Source: Monocercomonoides exilis PA203 (taxonomy: Eukaryota; Protista; Preaxostyla). Taken from it: DNA of 64,000 bases. The position numbers and the translations under genes were made by a program. The notes below the pieces were generated by a model. The model saw only the letters and a program-made list of their open reading frames with translations, ran no database searches and was not told where the DNA came from. Positions 46,056-58,711 of the stretch are shown here, piece after piece. The stretch's first letter is position 1, and each line of letters starts with the position of its first letter. The stretch spans positions 620,001-684,000 of the forward strand of contig LSRY02000024.1 in assembly GCA_001643675.2 (NCBI GenBank). The letters are read 5' to 3'.

Positions 46056-49000
46056 ATGAGACTAACAGTTATATTTTTTGCAGTTTATGCATACATTATT
46101 ATCGGTAATTTCCAATCAACCGAACATTTCATCGAACAACAACACGATGAAGAGTGCGAAAACGAGAAGATATTTGTTCATCCTCAGGTGCACAGTTGTC
46201 TTAAAAATTCATCAGAGCATAAAGTGTATTATAATAATTTATTGCAATACATGAATACTTTCCAACCGAGCATCAGCATGGGAAACACGGAAATTGAAGG
46301 AAAATACGAAAAACACGATTTGCAGCATGATGTGAAGGAAAACAAAAGAAATAATCGGATTTTTGCACCAGAAATATCAAGTAATTATCGGATGCACCTT
46401 TTTAAAGAAATGTTGAAAGATCATACAAAAAGTGAGATTGGTGGATGTATTTGTTCATGGAACTCATCCATTGAGTTGAAGGAGATTGGGCTGATCGGGA
46501 GTGAGTGTGGGAGTGTTGTATGTGGAAGGAGGGGAAGTGTGGTTGTGGTGAAGGGGTGCTTTGTGGAGATGGGGAAGGACAATGAGGCAGGGGCATTTGA
46601 TCTTTGTGGGTGCATTGGGATATTAATGAATATCACATTGAAGGGATGGGAAAGAGGAGGAGAAATTTATTCGGGAAGGCTGTTTGGAGGGAGCGATGAA
46701 GGAGAAGGGAGTATTTCAGCGAGCGAATCACACTTCTCTTCTATTTGTGTCTCATCAGCCCCATTCCTGTCATCACCTTCAATACCCCTAATATCCCTCT
46801 CCAAATTATCATTTTTCAATATCTCAACAGCAAATGATGCATGTTCACCTTCAACAACTATGACAACCCAAACCACTTGTTTGATGAACAGTTGCTCATT
46901 CTCATCTGTTTGCGATGTGTATGATGGAGGAATTGTTCCCTCCCTCAATCACCCTTTGGCTTCCTTGTATGTTTCAAACACCTCGTTTATTGGGTGTTGC
47001 AGAACAAGGAATGTGAAATGTGAAGGAAATGAAGATGGAAAGTTGACTCCAGGAAGACAAAACATAATAGAAAATGAAACAAACACTTTTATTTGGTGCG
47101 AATGGGAAGGATCGAGGACAACAGGAAAAGGTGAGACATATTCCGATGGCACTTCCAACGGTGGAGCAATTCGAATGTATAACCTCAATTCAGGAGAACT
47201 TTGGGTTTCGCATTGTTCATTCAATGATTGCTATGCTCATTATGCAGGCGGAGGCGTTCATTGCTATAGTATTAATTCTGTTGAGATTGCGAACAATACA
47301 TTTGGTTCATGTACTGCGCAAAATCGATATGGAGGAGGGGTATTTGTTTATACGATATCAACATGTGTTCAGATCAGCGGATGTGAATTCCAGAATTGCA
47401 AAGCACATAGCTATGGAGGAGGGCTTTATCTTGATAATTTTAATGTTTCAGGATCTGGATGCATTCCAACAGAAAATGGAGAAGGGGAGAGTGCGTGTGT
47501 GTTTAACTGCTGTTTCCCTTCATGCTCAGCGATAAACAATGGAGGTGGAGGTATGCATTGTAGAAGCGTTCCTAATCAATTCAAAATGAGGAACGCTCAG
47601 TTTATCTCGTGTTCTGCAATGAGACATGGAGGAGGATTGTATCTTTATCCATATAGACAGACATCACAAAATGATGTAATTTATTGTTATTTTCTGTTCT
47701 TTCACGAATGCAAATGCATATCAACTTCTACTCCATATGGTCATGATATGATGTATTTTGATCCATATAACGTTTTTAAGTCTTCAAACAATCCGTTCTA
47801 TGAATGCTACACAACAAATGAAAATGACAAGAGTGTATGTTATGGATATGATTTAGCAAATGCAGGTGCCTGGTCATATCAGCACACAGAAAAGAAGGAT
47901 TGGATGAAGAGAGGGATTCTCAATCGATTTGTGGCATCAGGGGGAGGGAGCGCAGAAGAGTTTTGTGGAATTGATGAGTCAAGTGCATGCAGAACTATTG
48001 GTATTGCTGTTGAAAAGAGCGTGATTCAAATGAGTCTGTCAGTCACACTGATGGAAGGGAATCACACAAGCGAGGCAACAACGATTGACATTGGAACAAA
48101 GAAGATTTCGGTCATTGGGAAAGGGAAGACGGAGAGTTTGATTGGAACAGGGGCACTTTCATCAACAAGAGAGCTGTTCAGTGTATCGACAGGTCACCTT
48201 GGTTTATTGCACATGAAGGTTGATTGCAACTCAAATATAAATCCTTCACCAAGTGTGGTTGTGGTGTCTGATGGAGGTGGGTCACTCTCATTGGAAGATG
48301 TTGTAATCACCACGAGTAAAACAGGAAACTATGTGATATCGTCGTCAGTGTTTGTGGTGGCGCTGTCACAGCTGTTGATGACCGATGTGGAGATCATAAA
48401 TATGAATGTGTCAAAACCATTATTCTCTGAGCCAAATCTATCTTCTTCATTCTCTTCATCTGCCCTGCTTTTGACATTCACAGCATCTGGAGAGAGCATA
48501 CTGGCGAACTTGATGGTGACGAATGTGAAGTTGACGAGTGGCGATGGGGTGGTTGTGGCAAAGAGTGTGAAGGCAGGGGAGACATTTGTGGTTCGGAATG
48601 TTACAATCGAAGATTGCGAGTGCAAGGCTGGAAGTGGTGGTGGGATCAAGGTCGAGTTGGAATCATCTTCAAGCAAGTTGCGGGTGGGGAGTTCAACAGC
48701 CGTGGTAAACGAAGAAACAAAATTGAGCAGATGCAAGTGTAACAAATATGGAGGAGGGATAATGGTGAATCTGGCAGATGGTTCGCACGACTTCTCGATC
48801 GTGTCTGTGGACTTTACAGGCTGCACTGCTTCATTGAGTGGGAATTATGTGTTTGTGAATGGAAAAGATTCTGAGAACTGGGGAATAACAACCACAAAGC
48901 TGAATGTTCAACATGACAATTCAAAATACAATGAACTGGTGGGATTTGACACAGATGACACAACCATGGGGCAATTCCCGCTTAATGTGTTTCTGGACTC

Positions 49001-52000
49001 ACATACTGGTGCAGCGCACGTGGGCAAAAAGAAAGATGGTATTCTGGGGAGATACGACTCGTGGTTTTGTGGGTTTGCTTATTATCCTTGTGCCACCATC
49101 ACCCACACCGCGCAGGTGCGATTTTCAGGGGGAAATAAAAAAATAGAGTTAGATCCAGAATTCGTGCTTGCTGAAAAGGTTGCCATGGCTGATGCCTTTG
49201 AATGGGAGATTTCATGTGCCACAAAAGGGACGGCAATCGAGGTGAAGGTGCCAGCCACTTTTGAATCTGCAGAATTCTTGATCGATGTGCAAAGCAGATG
49301 CTCGATTAGAAAGATTAAATTCAGCATTCCATGTGCTCTATCCAGTGCATCGGCGATGATTTCGGCACACTCCGCATCGTTCAATATCACAGACTGCTCG
49401 GTTGCTAGTTTGCCAGACAGTATTGTTGGGCAATCGATTAGATACAGCTTTGTAAATGCGTTTGCGGGAAAGCTGAGAATGGAGCAATTTGAAATCAGAG
49501 AAGGTCTGACATTTGATGGGCATTCGTTGGTTGAGTTTGTGGCGGGTGTGAGTGTTGTGTATTTCAAAGGATGCAACGTAGCAAACGTTAGAAAGATCAA
49601 TGGAGACGGGGGGCTGATAAAAGGAGCAGTTGGAACACAGTATGGGGAAGGAGGGGGAAAGGTTGGGATTGTTGTGATTGAAACATGCACTGTGATAAAC
49701 TGCAACTGCCAAGGAACATCACAAGAGATTGGAAAAGGAGGAGGGATATGCGTGAGCTTGGATGGAGATGGAAGTGTTGTTGTGAATGGGACGAGCACAA
49801 TCGATGGATGCGAGGCGAGGAACAATGGAGGAGGAGGAGTCAAAGGAAGAGGCGGGGGAATGATGCTGACAATGGCGAGTCCGAACAGCAAGATGGAAAT
49901 TGCGGAAAATGTTAAGTTTTCATCGACATCTTCAACGCAAAATGATGCACAATATGGAAAGGATGTGTTTGTTTGCTGCGATTCTGGGATTTTTCTTGAG
50001 TCAAAGGTGAATGCAAACTCTTTCAAATTTTTTGAGAAAAGCGCTATTCCATCAGATGAATTGAAGCTTTGCGGGAGCGAGGATGGGGAAGATGAGAAAG
50101 TGATTCCGCTGTTTGTGTATTTGTTCTCAATCGGATCGAAGTTGACAGTCGATGGGAAAGGAGAGGTGGCATTGGATCACAGCTGTTGTGGGTTTGAGAA
50201 GTTTGGGTGTCTGACAATTGACTATTGCATGAACACTCGAGTTGACGATGGACTGCGAACAGTGGAAGTTGTTTCTAAATCATCAATTAAAAGTGAAATG
50301 AAAGTGCTTTCATTTGATGTGAGTTTGACAGGAAAAGAAATACAAGTGGGAGAGAAGATGAAGGTTGAGGTGAAGGATGGAGGGGAAATAAACCAAAATG
50401 GGCTTATTGAGTGCACAAAATCATTTGAAATGACTAATTTGGAATTTGTGATGAACAAGGAAATAAATGGAAGGAGGACTGCATTCATCCATTCATCATC
50501 ATCAACAATCACGATAACAAGCTGTTCTGTCACGTTTTCAAGGGATGCATTAGCTGATGAAAAGATTGGATACAACATCCTGAACATTGAGGGAGGAGAA
50601 CTGATTGTTGATGGATTGACGATGGAAATTGCAGAAACACTGACGATGAATGGGAAGTCGCCAATAACAATGAGAAATGGAGTTGAATTGGAGATGAATA
50701 ACAGCAGAGTGAGTGGAGTGACGATGGAAGGTGGGAGTGGAGGAGGAGGATGCATCGGTGCTGCGATAAAAGAAGGAGGAAGTGCAGTCTTGGATAACTG
50801 CAGCATTTCAACAATGTGCACAGGTGGAGGTGGGATGAAAGGAGGAGGGATGATGATTTCAGTTGAGGAGAGAGGAAGTTTGGAGATTAAAAGTATGACA
50901 TTCACAGGATGCGAGGTGCCAAGAGAGGACAACTCACAGAAAGGAGGAGGAATGGGAGGAGGGATGTTTGTTCGATTGGCAGATACAATGGGATCATTTA
51001 AGATGGAAGGAGTGACATTCAGCGAATGCAATGCCTGGAAAGGGAAGAATGTGTTCATATCAGGAAATGAGCTGGACGAGGTTATGTCAAACGAACAACT
51101 GAAATGGGAGATGAGTCCAGAGGAGTTGAGATCATTGGATGAGTTGTGTGGATGGGAGAGGATGACAACAGGAGAGGAGGGATATGTGATTCCATTGGTT
51201 GTGTATTTGTGGAGGAACTGGAGTGGGGATGGGTTTGTTTCGAGAGAGAAAGGAGGAGACTTCAGTGGGTGTGGATATTCAGAAGCACCATGTTCATCGA
51301 TTGAGCACTTGATATCACTGAGATATGAGCCACTTGGAGAAGGGGAAACACATATTTCCATTGTGGGGTCAGGGATGTTGAGCCATTCCATATCATTTTC
51401 ATTTTCTTCTTCATCATCATCAATTTCAGATTCACCAAAAGTGGTGATTGAAGGGACAAAGAAAGGGACAAGTGTGACTATCAGTGATGAAGATGAGGAT
51501 GATCCAAATGATTCAATGATCTCCTCGAATGTGAGTCTATCATTTTTCAATTTATCATTCACAAAACCCAGCATCATTGCTCATCATGAAGTGTTCATTG
51601 ATTCTTCTGGAACAAACACACTCTTGTCTATCACTGACTGCTCATTTGGTTCGTTGAAATGGCTGACAGAAACGATAGGATATTATTTGATGAGAGTGAA
51701 TGGAGGGAGTGTTGCAATTGAGAGATGTTCATTGAGTCTGATTTCTGATTTGAAAGGGTTCATCAGTTTCAGCCCAAGTGCAAGCCAGGTGACTGTTCAG
51801 AATGTGAACATTTCATTTGTTGGAGTGGTAGAAACAAGCCTGATTTCGATGATTGAAGAGGAAAGCCAGATAAATGGAAAGGAAAACATTCATTTTTATG
51901 GTAACAGACCAGTTTTGAGTGTTGTTGGATGTTCATTCGCAAATATCACGAATGAAGGGATTGGAGCGAGTGTTGTTGATGTGGGATCATTTGAGGATGG

Positions 52001-54986
52001 AGTGGAGTGTGTGATGGATGAGTGCTCAATGTCGAGTTGCAAGAGTGGCTTAAGCACAGAAGGAGGAGGAATGAGAGTTGTGCTGAAAAGCGGAGAATCA
52101 GTCTTGAAAGTGAATGGCAGCTCATTTTCAACATGCAGATGCTCGACGGTATCAGGACGTGGTGGAGGGCTGTTTATTGATGGAGCAGACTTGAATACCA
52201 ATTATGCTGATGAATATAACTTTCCATCTCTGAATTTCAAGATTGTGAATATCCTATTTGCTATGAATGATGCACATGTGGGAAAAGACATATTTGTCAG
52301 ATGTCACTCGATTGCAGATCAGATCAACGAAACACTGTTTGCATTGAACTTCAACCAGGAATCATTGAACTCAAACAATTCGATCTGCGGGAGCGATTTA
52401 AAAGGGAATACTGATATGGATCTGATTCCGCTAATCACATTCTATTATTCGGCACAGGTGTTTGTGAGTGGAACAGGGACTGACAACAGACGATGCGGGT
52501 CTCAGAGCTATCCATGCTTCAGCATCAACTGTGGGGTTGACCACATCCAGGAAGGGGTTATGAATGCGATTCTGATTGATGGAGAAGGGGCTGTTTCAGG
52601 AGAATGTGTGATTGGAGATCTGGTTGCGAATTCATTCAAAAAGGCACTGGCAATTGTGAAGCTGAAATTTAAGATTGAGAAATCGACAGAGAAGGATTGC
52701 ATCATGGAGTTTGTGAATGAATGTTCAGTGGAGAGATGCTCATTTCAGTTTGAAGATACATTTGAGGCTTCTCACAGCTACATCATGAAAGTGAAGAATG
52801 GAACAACAAAAATTCAAGAATGTGAATTCTTCTTTTCTTCTGATAAACTGAAGTTGAACAGTTCAATTGTGAGCGTGGAAAGTGGAGAGCTGAAGATAAC
52901 AGAAACAGCATTCAGGAATTTGCACTCAACAAGATCAGTGCTTTTATTCAACAAAGAATCGAATGTCACATTGCTTGAAGCAAAAATATCGAATATCGAA
53001 TGTGAGGAAGATGTTATGAGTGTTAGGGGAAAAGCGAAAGTGGAGATGAAAGAGATTGCAGTTGAGAATGTAACTCTCGTGTCAGAAAGATGTATGATTG
53101 TGATAGATAATGCCGAACAAGAGGTGAGTGTGCTGAACAGCTCATTTGGGAAATGTGTGAATTCGGTTGATAAAGGAAGCATGATGCAAGTGAGTCAGTG
53201 CAAGGATGTGAATGTTGAAGCATGTGTATTTGATGGAGAAAAAGAAGTGAAGATAATGAATGAAGGAAACAAGAGAAAAGAAGGATTATGCAAATGGAAT
53301 GGATCATTGGTTGATGTTGAAAACAGCAATGTGGAGATGAGGGAAACAACAATCAGAAACAGCAAGGCAGGTGGGTTGTGGGTGAGTGGAGGAAGTTTAA
53401 TGATTGAAAATGGAAAGTTTGAGAACAACAATCCATCTATTGAGGGATATCCATCAGCTCGAAGGAATGTGATTTGCACAGGGAATGGGGGGTTGAATGT
53501 GATGAGTTTGAAAGGGGGAGATGGAATCGAGAAAAACACATCTCTGTGGATATTAGATGAGGAATGCGAATTGGGAGGGATTGTTTCAGAAAGGGATTCA
53601 TCATTTTTCATCCCAGTCTTGGAAGAAGTGAAGAACACAACGCAGCCAACAGGAGAAATGGAACTGATCATTCATGGGAAGCTGCTTCTTCCATGCAATC
53701 TGTCAGTGAAGATACGCATGAAGGATGGGGATGTTGAGCTTTCTCACACAAACATCATTTCAGAAGATGGGTATATATCGGAGAGCGAGGTGCATTTTGT
53801 TATTTCATCTGAAGTGTTGGAAGAGATGGAGAAGAAAACAGAAGTGAGTGTGTGCATTGCGTTTGGAAAAGAGAAATCATCATGTTCGAATGGAATTGTG
53901 GTGGTGAATAAGAGTGAATCACAATCAAAAGGGGATGACAACATCGATGAAGGAGGAGACGATATCAACAAAGGAGGGACGAACAATGAATGGAGCTTGA
54001 TTGTGATTGTTGTGTTGGGTGTGTTGCTTTTGATTGTTCTGATTGGCTTTTCATTTATTGTTGTGCTTTTGCGAAAGAAACTGAAGGAAGTGGAAAAGAA
54101 AGTTGAAAAAGAGAAAATGGAAAATGAGGAGATAATGAGAAAGATTGAGAGGAGAAGAAGAGAAGGGAATGGAGAGAGCTTTGAGATGAATGAAATGCCA
54201 TCCACGCTGCTGGAGGGAATGACAAGCCAAATTCCACTTCTGATTGACAACGATGAAGAAGATCTTCCAGATCCTCCATCAATGACCGATGGAGAGCTGA
54301 ATGAGAATGATCTGCCTGATCTGGAATCTCCATTGCCATTTTCTGAGGATGGTTCAGTTTCCTTGGTATCTCAATCGCATTCATTGAATGTGATATCAGC
54401 AAAGAAGCCATTTCGAGAAAAGGAGAAAAAGAACCTGAAAACGTTGCATTCGGTGATTCATTCAGTTCAAGGTGATTTCACGTTGGGAACAAGAGCGATG
54501 GATGTTGTTGATGGGAAGGAAGTTGTTATGGTAGTGGCAGAGCTGTTTGAGCATTTGATTTCAGTTGGAGACAAAAGAGTGGAAATGATGGCGAGGCAGC
54601 TGTGCCCATATTCAATTTTTGTTGAGGAAGGAAATAACGAAATATTTGTTTTGAGAGAGGAATTGGAGGATGAAAAGGAGAAAGAGGAAATAAAGCGATG
54701 GAGCTCGCCAGAAGCGGGAAATGAAGATGATGGAATCGAAAAGGCAGTTATTTTCACACTTGGACTGATTCTTCATGAAATGACAACAGGAGAAGTGCCC
54801 TTGAGCGAATGTGATGCGGAGGAAGCACAGGAGATGATGAGGGATGGGGTGCGACCACTGACAGAAGGAATCGAAGGAGAAGATCTGGTTGAGCTGATGG
54901 AGAAGATGTGGGGAGATGAGCCAGATAGCAGACCGAGTTTGGCGGAAGTTAAGAAATCGATAAAGAAAATGATAAATGAAGGATGA
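46056..54986 (+). CDS. Giant single-pass surface receptor-like protein (2,976 aa), paralog B
   Basis: Colinear with 9904-18840 over its full length, with the same signal peptide, beta-helix repeats, identical TM helix and C-lobe-only pseudokinase (RWSSPE). Confidence 0.9.
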   Translation: MRLTVIFFAVYAYIIIGNFQSTEHFIEQQHDEECENEKIFVHPQVHSCLKNSSEHKVYYNNLLQYMNTFQPSISMGNTEIEGKYEKHDLQHDVKENKRNNRIFAPEISSNYRMHLFKEMLKDHTKSEIGGCICSWNSSIELKEIGLIGSECGSVVCGRRGSVVVVKGCFVEMGKDNEAGAFDLCGCIGILMNITLKGWERGGEIYSGRLFGGSDEGEGSISASESHFSSICVSSAPFLSSPSIPLISLSKLSFFNISTANDACSPSTTMTTQTTCLMNSCSFSSVCDVYDGGIVPSLNHPLASLYVSNTSFIGCCRTRNVKCEGNEDGKLTPGRQNIIENETNTFIWCEWEGSRTTGKGETYSDGTSNGGAIRMYNLNSGELWVSHCSFNDCYAHYAGGGVHCYSINSVEIANNTFGSCTAQNRYGGGVFVYTISTCVQISGCEFQNCKAHSYGGGLYLDNFNVSGSGCIPTENGEGESACVFNCCFPSCSAINNGGGGMHCRSVPNQFKMRNAQFISCSAMRHGGGLYLYPYRQTSQNDVIYCYFLFFHECKCISTSTPYGHDMMYFDPYNVFKSSNNPFYECYTTNENDKSVCYGYDLANAGAWSYQHTEKKDWMKRGILNRFVASGGGSAEEFCGIDESSACRTIGIAVEKSVIQMSLSVTLMEGNHTSEATTIDIGTKKISVIGKGKTESLIGTGALSSTRELFSVSTGHLGLLHMKVDCNSNINPSPSVVVVSDGGGSLSLEDVVITTSKTGNYVISSSVFVVALSQLLMTDVEIINMNVSKPLFSEPNLSSSFSSSALLLTFTASGESILANLMVTNVKLTSGDGVVVAKSVKAGETFVVRNVTIEDCECKAGSGGGIKVELESSSSKLRVGSSTAVVNEETKLSRCKCNKYGGGIMVNLADGSHDFSIVSVDFTGCTASLSGNYVFVNGKDSENWGITTTKLNVQHDNSKYNELVGFDTDDTTMGQFPLNVFLDSHTGAAHVGKKKDGILGRYDSWFCGFAYYPCATITHTAQVRFSGGNKKIELDPEFVLAEKVAMADAFEWEISCATKGTAIEVKVPATFESAEFLIDVQSRCSIRKIKFSIPCALSSASAMISAHSASFNITDCSVASLPDSIVGQSIRYSFVNAFAGKLRMEQFEIREGLTFDGHSLVEFVAGVSVVYFKGCNVANVRKINGDGGLIKGAVGTQYGEGGGKVGIVVIETCTVINCNCQGTSQEIGKGGGICVSLDGDGSVVVNGTSTIDGCEARNNGGGGVKGRGGGMMLTMASPNSKMEIAENVKFSSTSSTQNDAQYGKDVFVCCDSGIFLESKVNANSFKFFEKSAIPSDELKLCGSEDGEDEKVIPLFVYLFSIGSKLTVDGKGEVALDHSCCGFEKFGCLTIDYCMNTRVDDGLRTVEVVSKSSIKSEMKVLSFDVSLTGKEIQVGEKMKVEVKDGGEINQNGLIECTKSFEMTNLEFVMNKEINGRRTAFIHSSSSTITITSCSVTFSRDALADEKIGYNILNIEGGELIVDGLTMEIAETLTMNGKSPITMRNGVELEMNNSRVSGVTMEGGSGGGGCIGAAIKEGGSAVLDNCSISTMCTGGGGMKGGGMMISVEERGSLEIKSMTFTGCEVPREDNSQKGGGMGGGMFVRLADTMGSFKMEGVTFSECNAWKGKNVFISGNELDEVMSNEQLKWEMSPEELRSLDELCGWERMTTGEEGYVIPLVVYLWRNWSGDGFVSREKGGDFSGCGYSEAPCSSIEHLISLRYEPLGEGETHISIVGSGMLSHSISFSFSSSSSSISDSPKVVIEGTKKGTSVTISDEDEDDPNDSMISSNVSLSFFNLSFTKPSIIAHHEVFIDSSGTNTLLSITDCSFGSLKWLTETIGYYLMRVNGGSVAIERCSLSLISDLKGFISFSPSASQVTVQNVNISFVGVVETSLISMIEEESQINGKENIHFYGNRPVLSVVGCSFANITNEGIGASVVDVGSFEDGVECVMDECSMSSCKSGLSTEGGGMRVVLKSGESVLKVNGSSFSTCRCSTVSGRGGGLFIDGADLNTNYADEYNFPSLNFKIVNILFAMNDAHVGKDIFVRCHSIADQINETLFALNFNQESLNSNNSICGSDLKGNTDMDLIPLITFYYSAQVFVSGTGTDNRRCGSQSYPCFSINCGVDHIQEGVMNAILIDGEGAVSGECVIGDLVANSFKKALAIVKLKFKIEKSTEKDCIMEFVNECSVERCSFQFEDTFEASHSYIMKVKNGTTKIQECEFFFSSDKLKLNSSIVSVESGELKITETAFRNLHSTRSVLLFNKESNVTLLEAKISNIECEEDVMSVRGKAKVEMKEIAVENVTLVSERCMIVIDNAEQEVSVLNSSFGKCVNSVDKGSMMQVSQCKDVNVEACVFDGEKEVKIMNEGNKRKEGLCKWNGSLVDVENSNVEMRETTIRNSKAGGLWVSGGSLMIENGKFENNNPSIEGYPSARRNVICTGNGGLNVMSLKGGDGIEKNTSLWILDEECELGGIVSERDSSFFIPVLEEVKNTTQPTGEMELIIHGKLLLPCNLSVKIRMKDGDVELSHTNIISEDGYISESEVHFVISSEVLEEMEKKTEVSVCIAFGKEKSSCSNGIVVVNKSESQSKGDDNIDEGGDDINKGGTNNEWSLIVIVVLGVLLLIVLIGFSFIVVLLRKKLKEVEKKVEKEKMENEEIMRKIERRRREGNGESFEMNEMPSTLLEGMTSQIPLLIDNDEEDLPDPPSMTDGELNENDLPDLESPLPFSEDGSVSLVSQSHSLNVISAKKPFREKEKKNLKTLHSVIHSVQGDFTLGTRAMDVVDGKEVVMVVAELFEHLISVGDKRVEMMARQLCPYSIFVEEGNNEIFVLREELEDEKEKEEIKRWSSPEAGNEDDGIEKAVIFTLGLILHEMTTGEVPLSECDAEEAQEMMRDGVRPLTEGIEGEDLVELMEKMWGDEPDSRPSLAEVKKSIKKMINEG

Positions 54987-55809
54987 AGCCGAGTGAAAAA
55001 CATCACAAAAAAATGTGCCCGAATAAATAACATTTCACCCCCAAATATTTTATTGCAAAATTGTATTGCTTGATACCTGGTGCAATAGGTGCAATTTATG
55101 CAATTTGCTCAAATTGTGCGATTGATATTTCAAAAATCATAAGTGAAACGTGGAATAATTATCACACACGATCTTTTTGGCTGCTTTAATAACATATCTG
55201 TGTGCAAAAATGTTCATGTATTATCGAAAGATAGATTTTCACATTTAATGCAGCATGAATGATTCTCATTTCACAACACTTCGGAATTTATTTTCATTGT
55301 GTTTCCATTTTCATCTCTTTTTCTTTTTCTTTCTCTTTCAATCCATTTAATTTATTTGTTCTGTGCGAAAAACACAAAAATAATTCAAAATGTTGCTTTT
55401 TGAGTTCAATATAACAATTTTTCAAAAAAATATGAAAATTTACGAAAGACAAAATTATTTGATCATAGCAAGCGAAAATATTAACGCTATCACATGAATA
55501 AAAACATTGGATATTTGAATCATATGGTACAATATTTAAATATTATTTAAAAATTTTTTATGTAATATTAATTGCATTTTAATAAAAATCAAAAAAAAGA
55601 AAAAAACAAATCACTCAAGAAAGAAAAATTATTTTTTGATTTCTCTCTGTCTTTTGAAAACATTTTGGATTCCTATTTTCATTTTAATAAATGTGAATTT
55701 TGTTTGAAGAATAATGATTTTGACTTGTAATTATATTGTTGTTATTGAGAGTTCAAGAAATATTCCCATTATTAATTGAAACTGATATTCGTTTTATTAA
55801 AACAAACGG

Positions 55810-58680
55810 ATGAAGGGAATTTCAGATTCGGAAATTCCTTCTATAATACATGGAACGTATCGTGTTGATAGAACAAGAAGACTTGGATCTGGTAGTTTTG
55901 GATGCGTTTACAGAGCAATTGATATAAATACAAACGAAGTAATTGCTGTAAAATTCGAAAGAAAATCTCCACAATCAACACTTGAAAACGACTTTAATGT
56001 CCTTTCTTGTTTTCGTGGAATGGAAGGATTTCCATTTGTTAGATATTTTGGAGAGCAAGATTCATTTATTGTACTTGTTTTTGAGATGGTTGGAATGAAT
56101 TTGGAAAGTCAATTTTCTGAATGTAGAAAGCATTTCTCTAAAGAATCATTCGCAATTATTGCGGTACAAGCTATATCCAGAATTGAACAGTTGCATCATA
56201 AAGGTTATATTCACAGAGATATAAAACCTGAAAATTTTTGCTTTGGAATTGGAGATAACGAATCAACTCTTTACCTTATCGATTTTGGATTATCTAAACG
56301 GTATATTGACTTTCATACTTGTCAACATATTCCATTTCGAACAGAGAAAGCCTTGACTGGAACTCCACGCTATGCAACTATAAACGCTCATCTTGGGATG
56401 GAGCAGTCGCGGCGCGATGACTTGGAAGCGCTTGGTTACTTATTCGTGTACTTGAATCAAAAATCACTTCCATGGCAAGGAATGAACGGAGCGACTCCGG
56501 CAAAAAAATATCAAGAAATTGGGCGAATAAAATTATCTATGCCAATTGAGATTCTTTGCAGCAAGTGCCCAGTCGAACTGTGCACATACGTGGCATATGC
56601 GAGGGGCCTGGGCTTCAGCGAGAAGCCTAACTACAGCTACCTGAAATCTTTGATGATTCACATTGGATTTCCATCTGCCGAGAGTGATGTGCTGCTTCGT
56701 TCACAACGTTTGGACTGGCTGCCATCAATACGAAACACTCGTCGCTTGCCACACAAACACAATGCACTGCAAGAGGAATGCGAAATGAAGGAGAGGCCGT
56801 TTTCTCCGATCGTTAAGAAGAGAAGAAGACATCAGCTCATCCTTGCTGAGCAAAGTGAGCACACGAATGAAAATGGCACATCAAAATATCTTCATACTCA
56901 GAATCCAGTGGATTCTGTGTCTTCTCCTGCTTCTCTTGAGTCAGCTGCATCTTCAATATCTTCACCATCTTCGCTGCCTCCTCTTAATTTTCCTTCGAGC
57001 AATCAAGAAGGCCCTATTTATTTTACTTCTTCTTCTTCTTCTACAACTACTCCTTCTTCATCTCCATCATCTCAACATTCTTCTGATTGTCTGCCTCAGT
57101 CTTCTCCACACTTCCAGCTTCCTTTGTCTTCGCTTTCTTTTGCATCTCCTCCTTCATCTGCACGACACAATCTGACAACAATAACATCATCATCATCATC
57201 ATCATCATCTTTTTTCACTCCCCTTCGCCTACCCCTTCCATCTTCGTCTTCGTCTTCTTCTTCGTCTTCTTCTTTTTCTCTTTCTATTTCTTCACCTTAT
57301 CCATCTCACTCACCGTCTCCTTCACCTTCACATTCACCTTCTCCATCTCCATCTCCTCCTCATTTGCCTTCTTCCTCCTCTTCCTCTTCCTCTTCTCGCT
57401 GTTTCGCTGTTGAAGCTGAAGATCTTCGTACCCATACAGGCAGAATGCATTCATTGCACAGACGATCAGCTACACACAGCACAAGCCCCATTCACAAGCA
57501 CTGCACGACACAGAGAAGGAGAAGTCAGAAAGGAAGAAGAGAGGAAAGAGAGGAAAGAGGAGAAAGAGAGGAAAGTCAGAAGAAAGAAGAAGGGAAAGGG
57601 AGAGAAGAAGAGGAAGAAGAAGTTGAAGAGGCAGAGAAATTTGATATGATGTTTCATCCAAAGAAGAATGGAAAAGTGGCACATGCTTCGGAGACAAGGA
57701 AGGAAACAGGGTTAATTACTCCAATTGAACAATCACAATTATCTTCTTCTTCTTCTTCTTCTTCTTCCTCTTCCTCTTCCTCCTCCTCTTCTTCTTCTCA
57801 TTCTCCTCATTCCCCATTGCCCAAGCGCCGTTTCCATCATCTGCATTCACTGACTGTTCCAGAGAACATGTTGTCCTCTCATTCGGCATTTCTTTTGCAA
57901 AGCCAAAGAGAAAACGAAGGAGGAAACGAAGGAGGAGGAGAAGGAGAAGAAGATAAAGAAGAAGGAAGATATTTTCCTTCTTCTCCTACTCGTTTTCTTT
58001 CGCCACATGGTTTAACATCATCTTCTTCCTCTTCTTATTCTTCTTCTTCTTCCTCTTCCTCTTCTTCCTCTTTGTCTTCCTCCTCCTCTTCTTGTTACAT
58101 CAACAACAACAATAGTAATAGAAGTAATAATAACCATAATAATAATCATAATATCATTAACATCAATAACAATAACACTCATTTCCCCAAGCAGCTGAGT
58201 CTCATTCAGAATCAACCTCAACTTCAGTCACAGAACTCGCTTCAGAAGACATTTTCTAATCTTCTGCTGACTCCTCGCCTGCCTCACAAGACTTCCTCTG
58301 GACAGACACAATCGTCTTCTTCTCTGTCTTCTTCTTCCTCCTCCTCATCATCATCTTCCTCTTCCTCATCTTCCTCATCTTCATCGTTTTCTTCTTCTTC
58401 CTCTTCTTCATCATCATCTTCTTCCTCTTCCTCCTCCTCCTCTTCTTCTTCATCCTCTTCTCAAAACGATCTTTCCTCCACTCCATTGACTCATTTCTCT
58501 GTCAACTCCATCTCCTCCCTTCCAATCACCAATGCTTCCAACTCTCCTTTCGAAAGCAGAAGGAGTTCTGAATGTGTTGTCAGCGACACAATACTTTCTA
58601 TTTCTCAACTTCATTCATCATCATCATCATCTTCTTCTTCTTCTTCATCATCATCATCTTCTTCTTCTTCTTCTTCATTC

Positions 58681-58711
<31 letters not shown>

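Larger units (their letters stand above)
43340..55360 (+). repeat. Segmental duplication, copy B (copy A is ~7030-19217)
   Basis: Upstream non-coding DNA, the CDS and ~370 bp of 3' flank align between the two loci once the locus-specific transposons are removed. Confidence 0.85.
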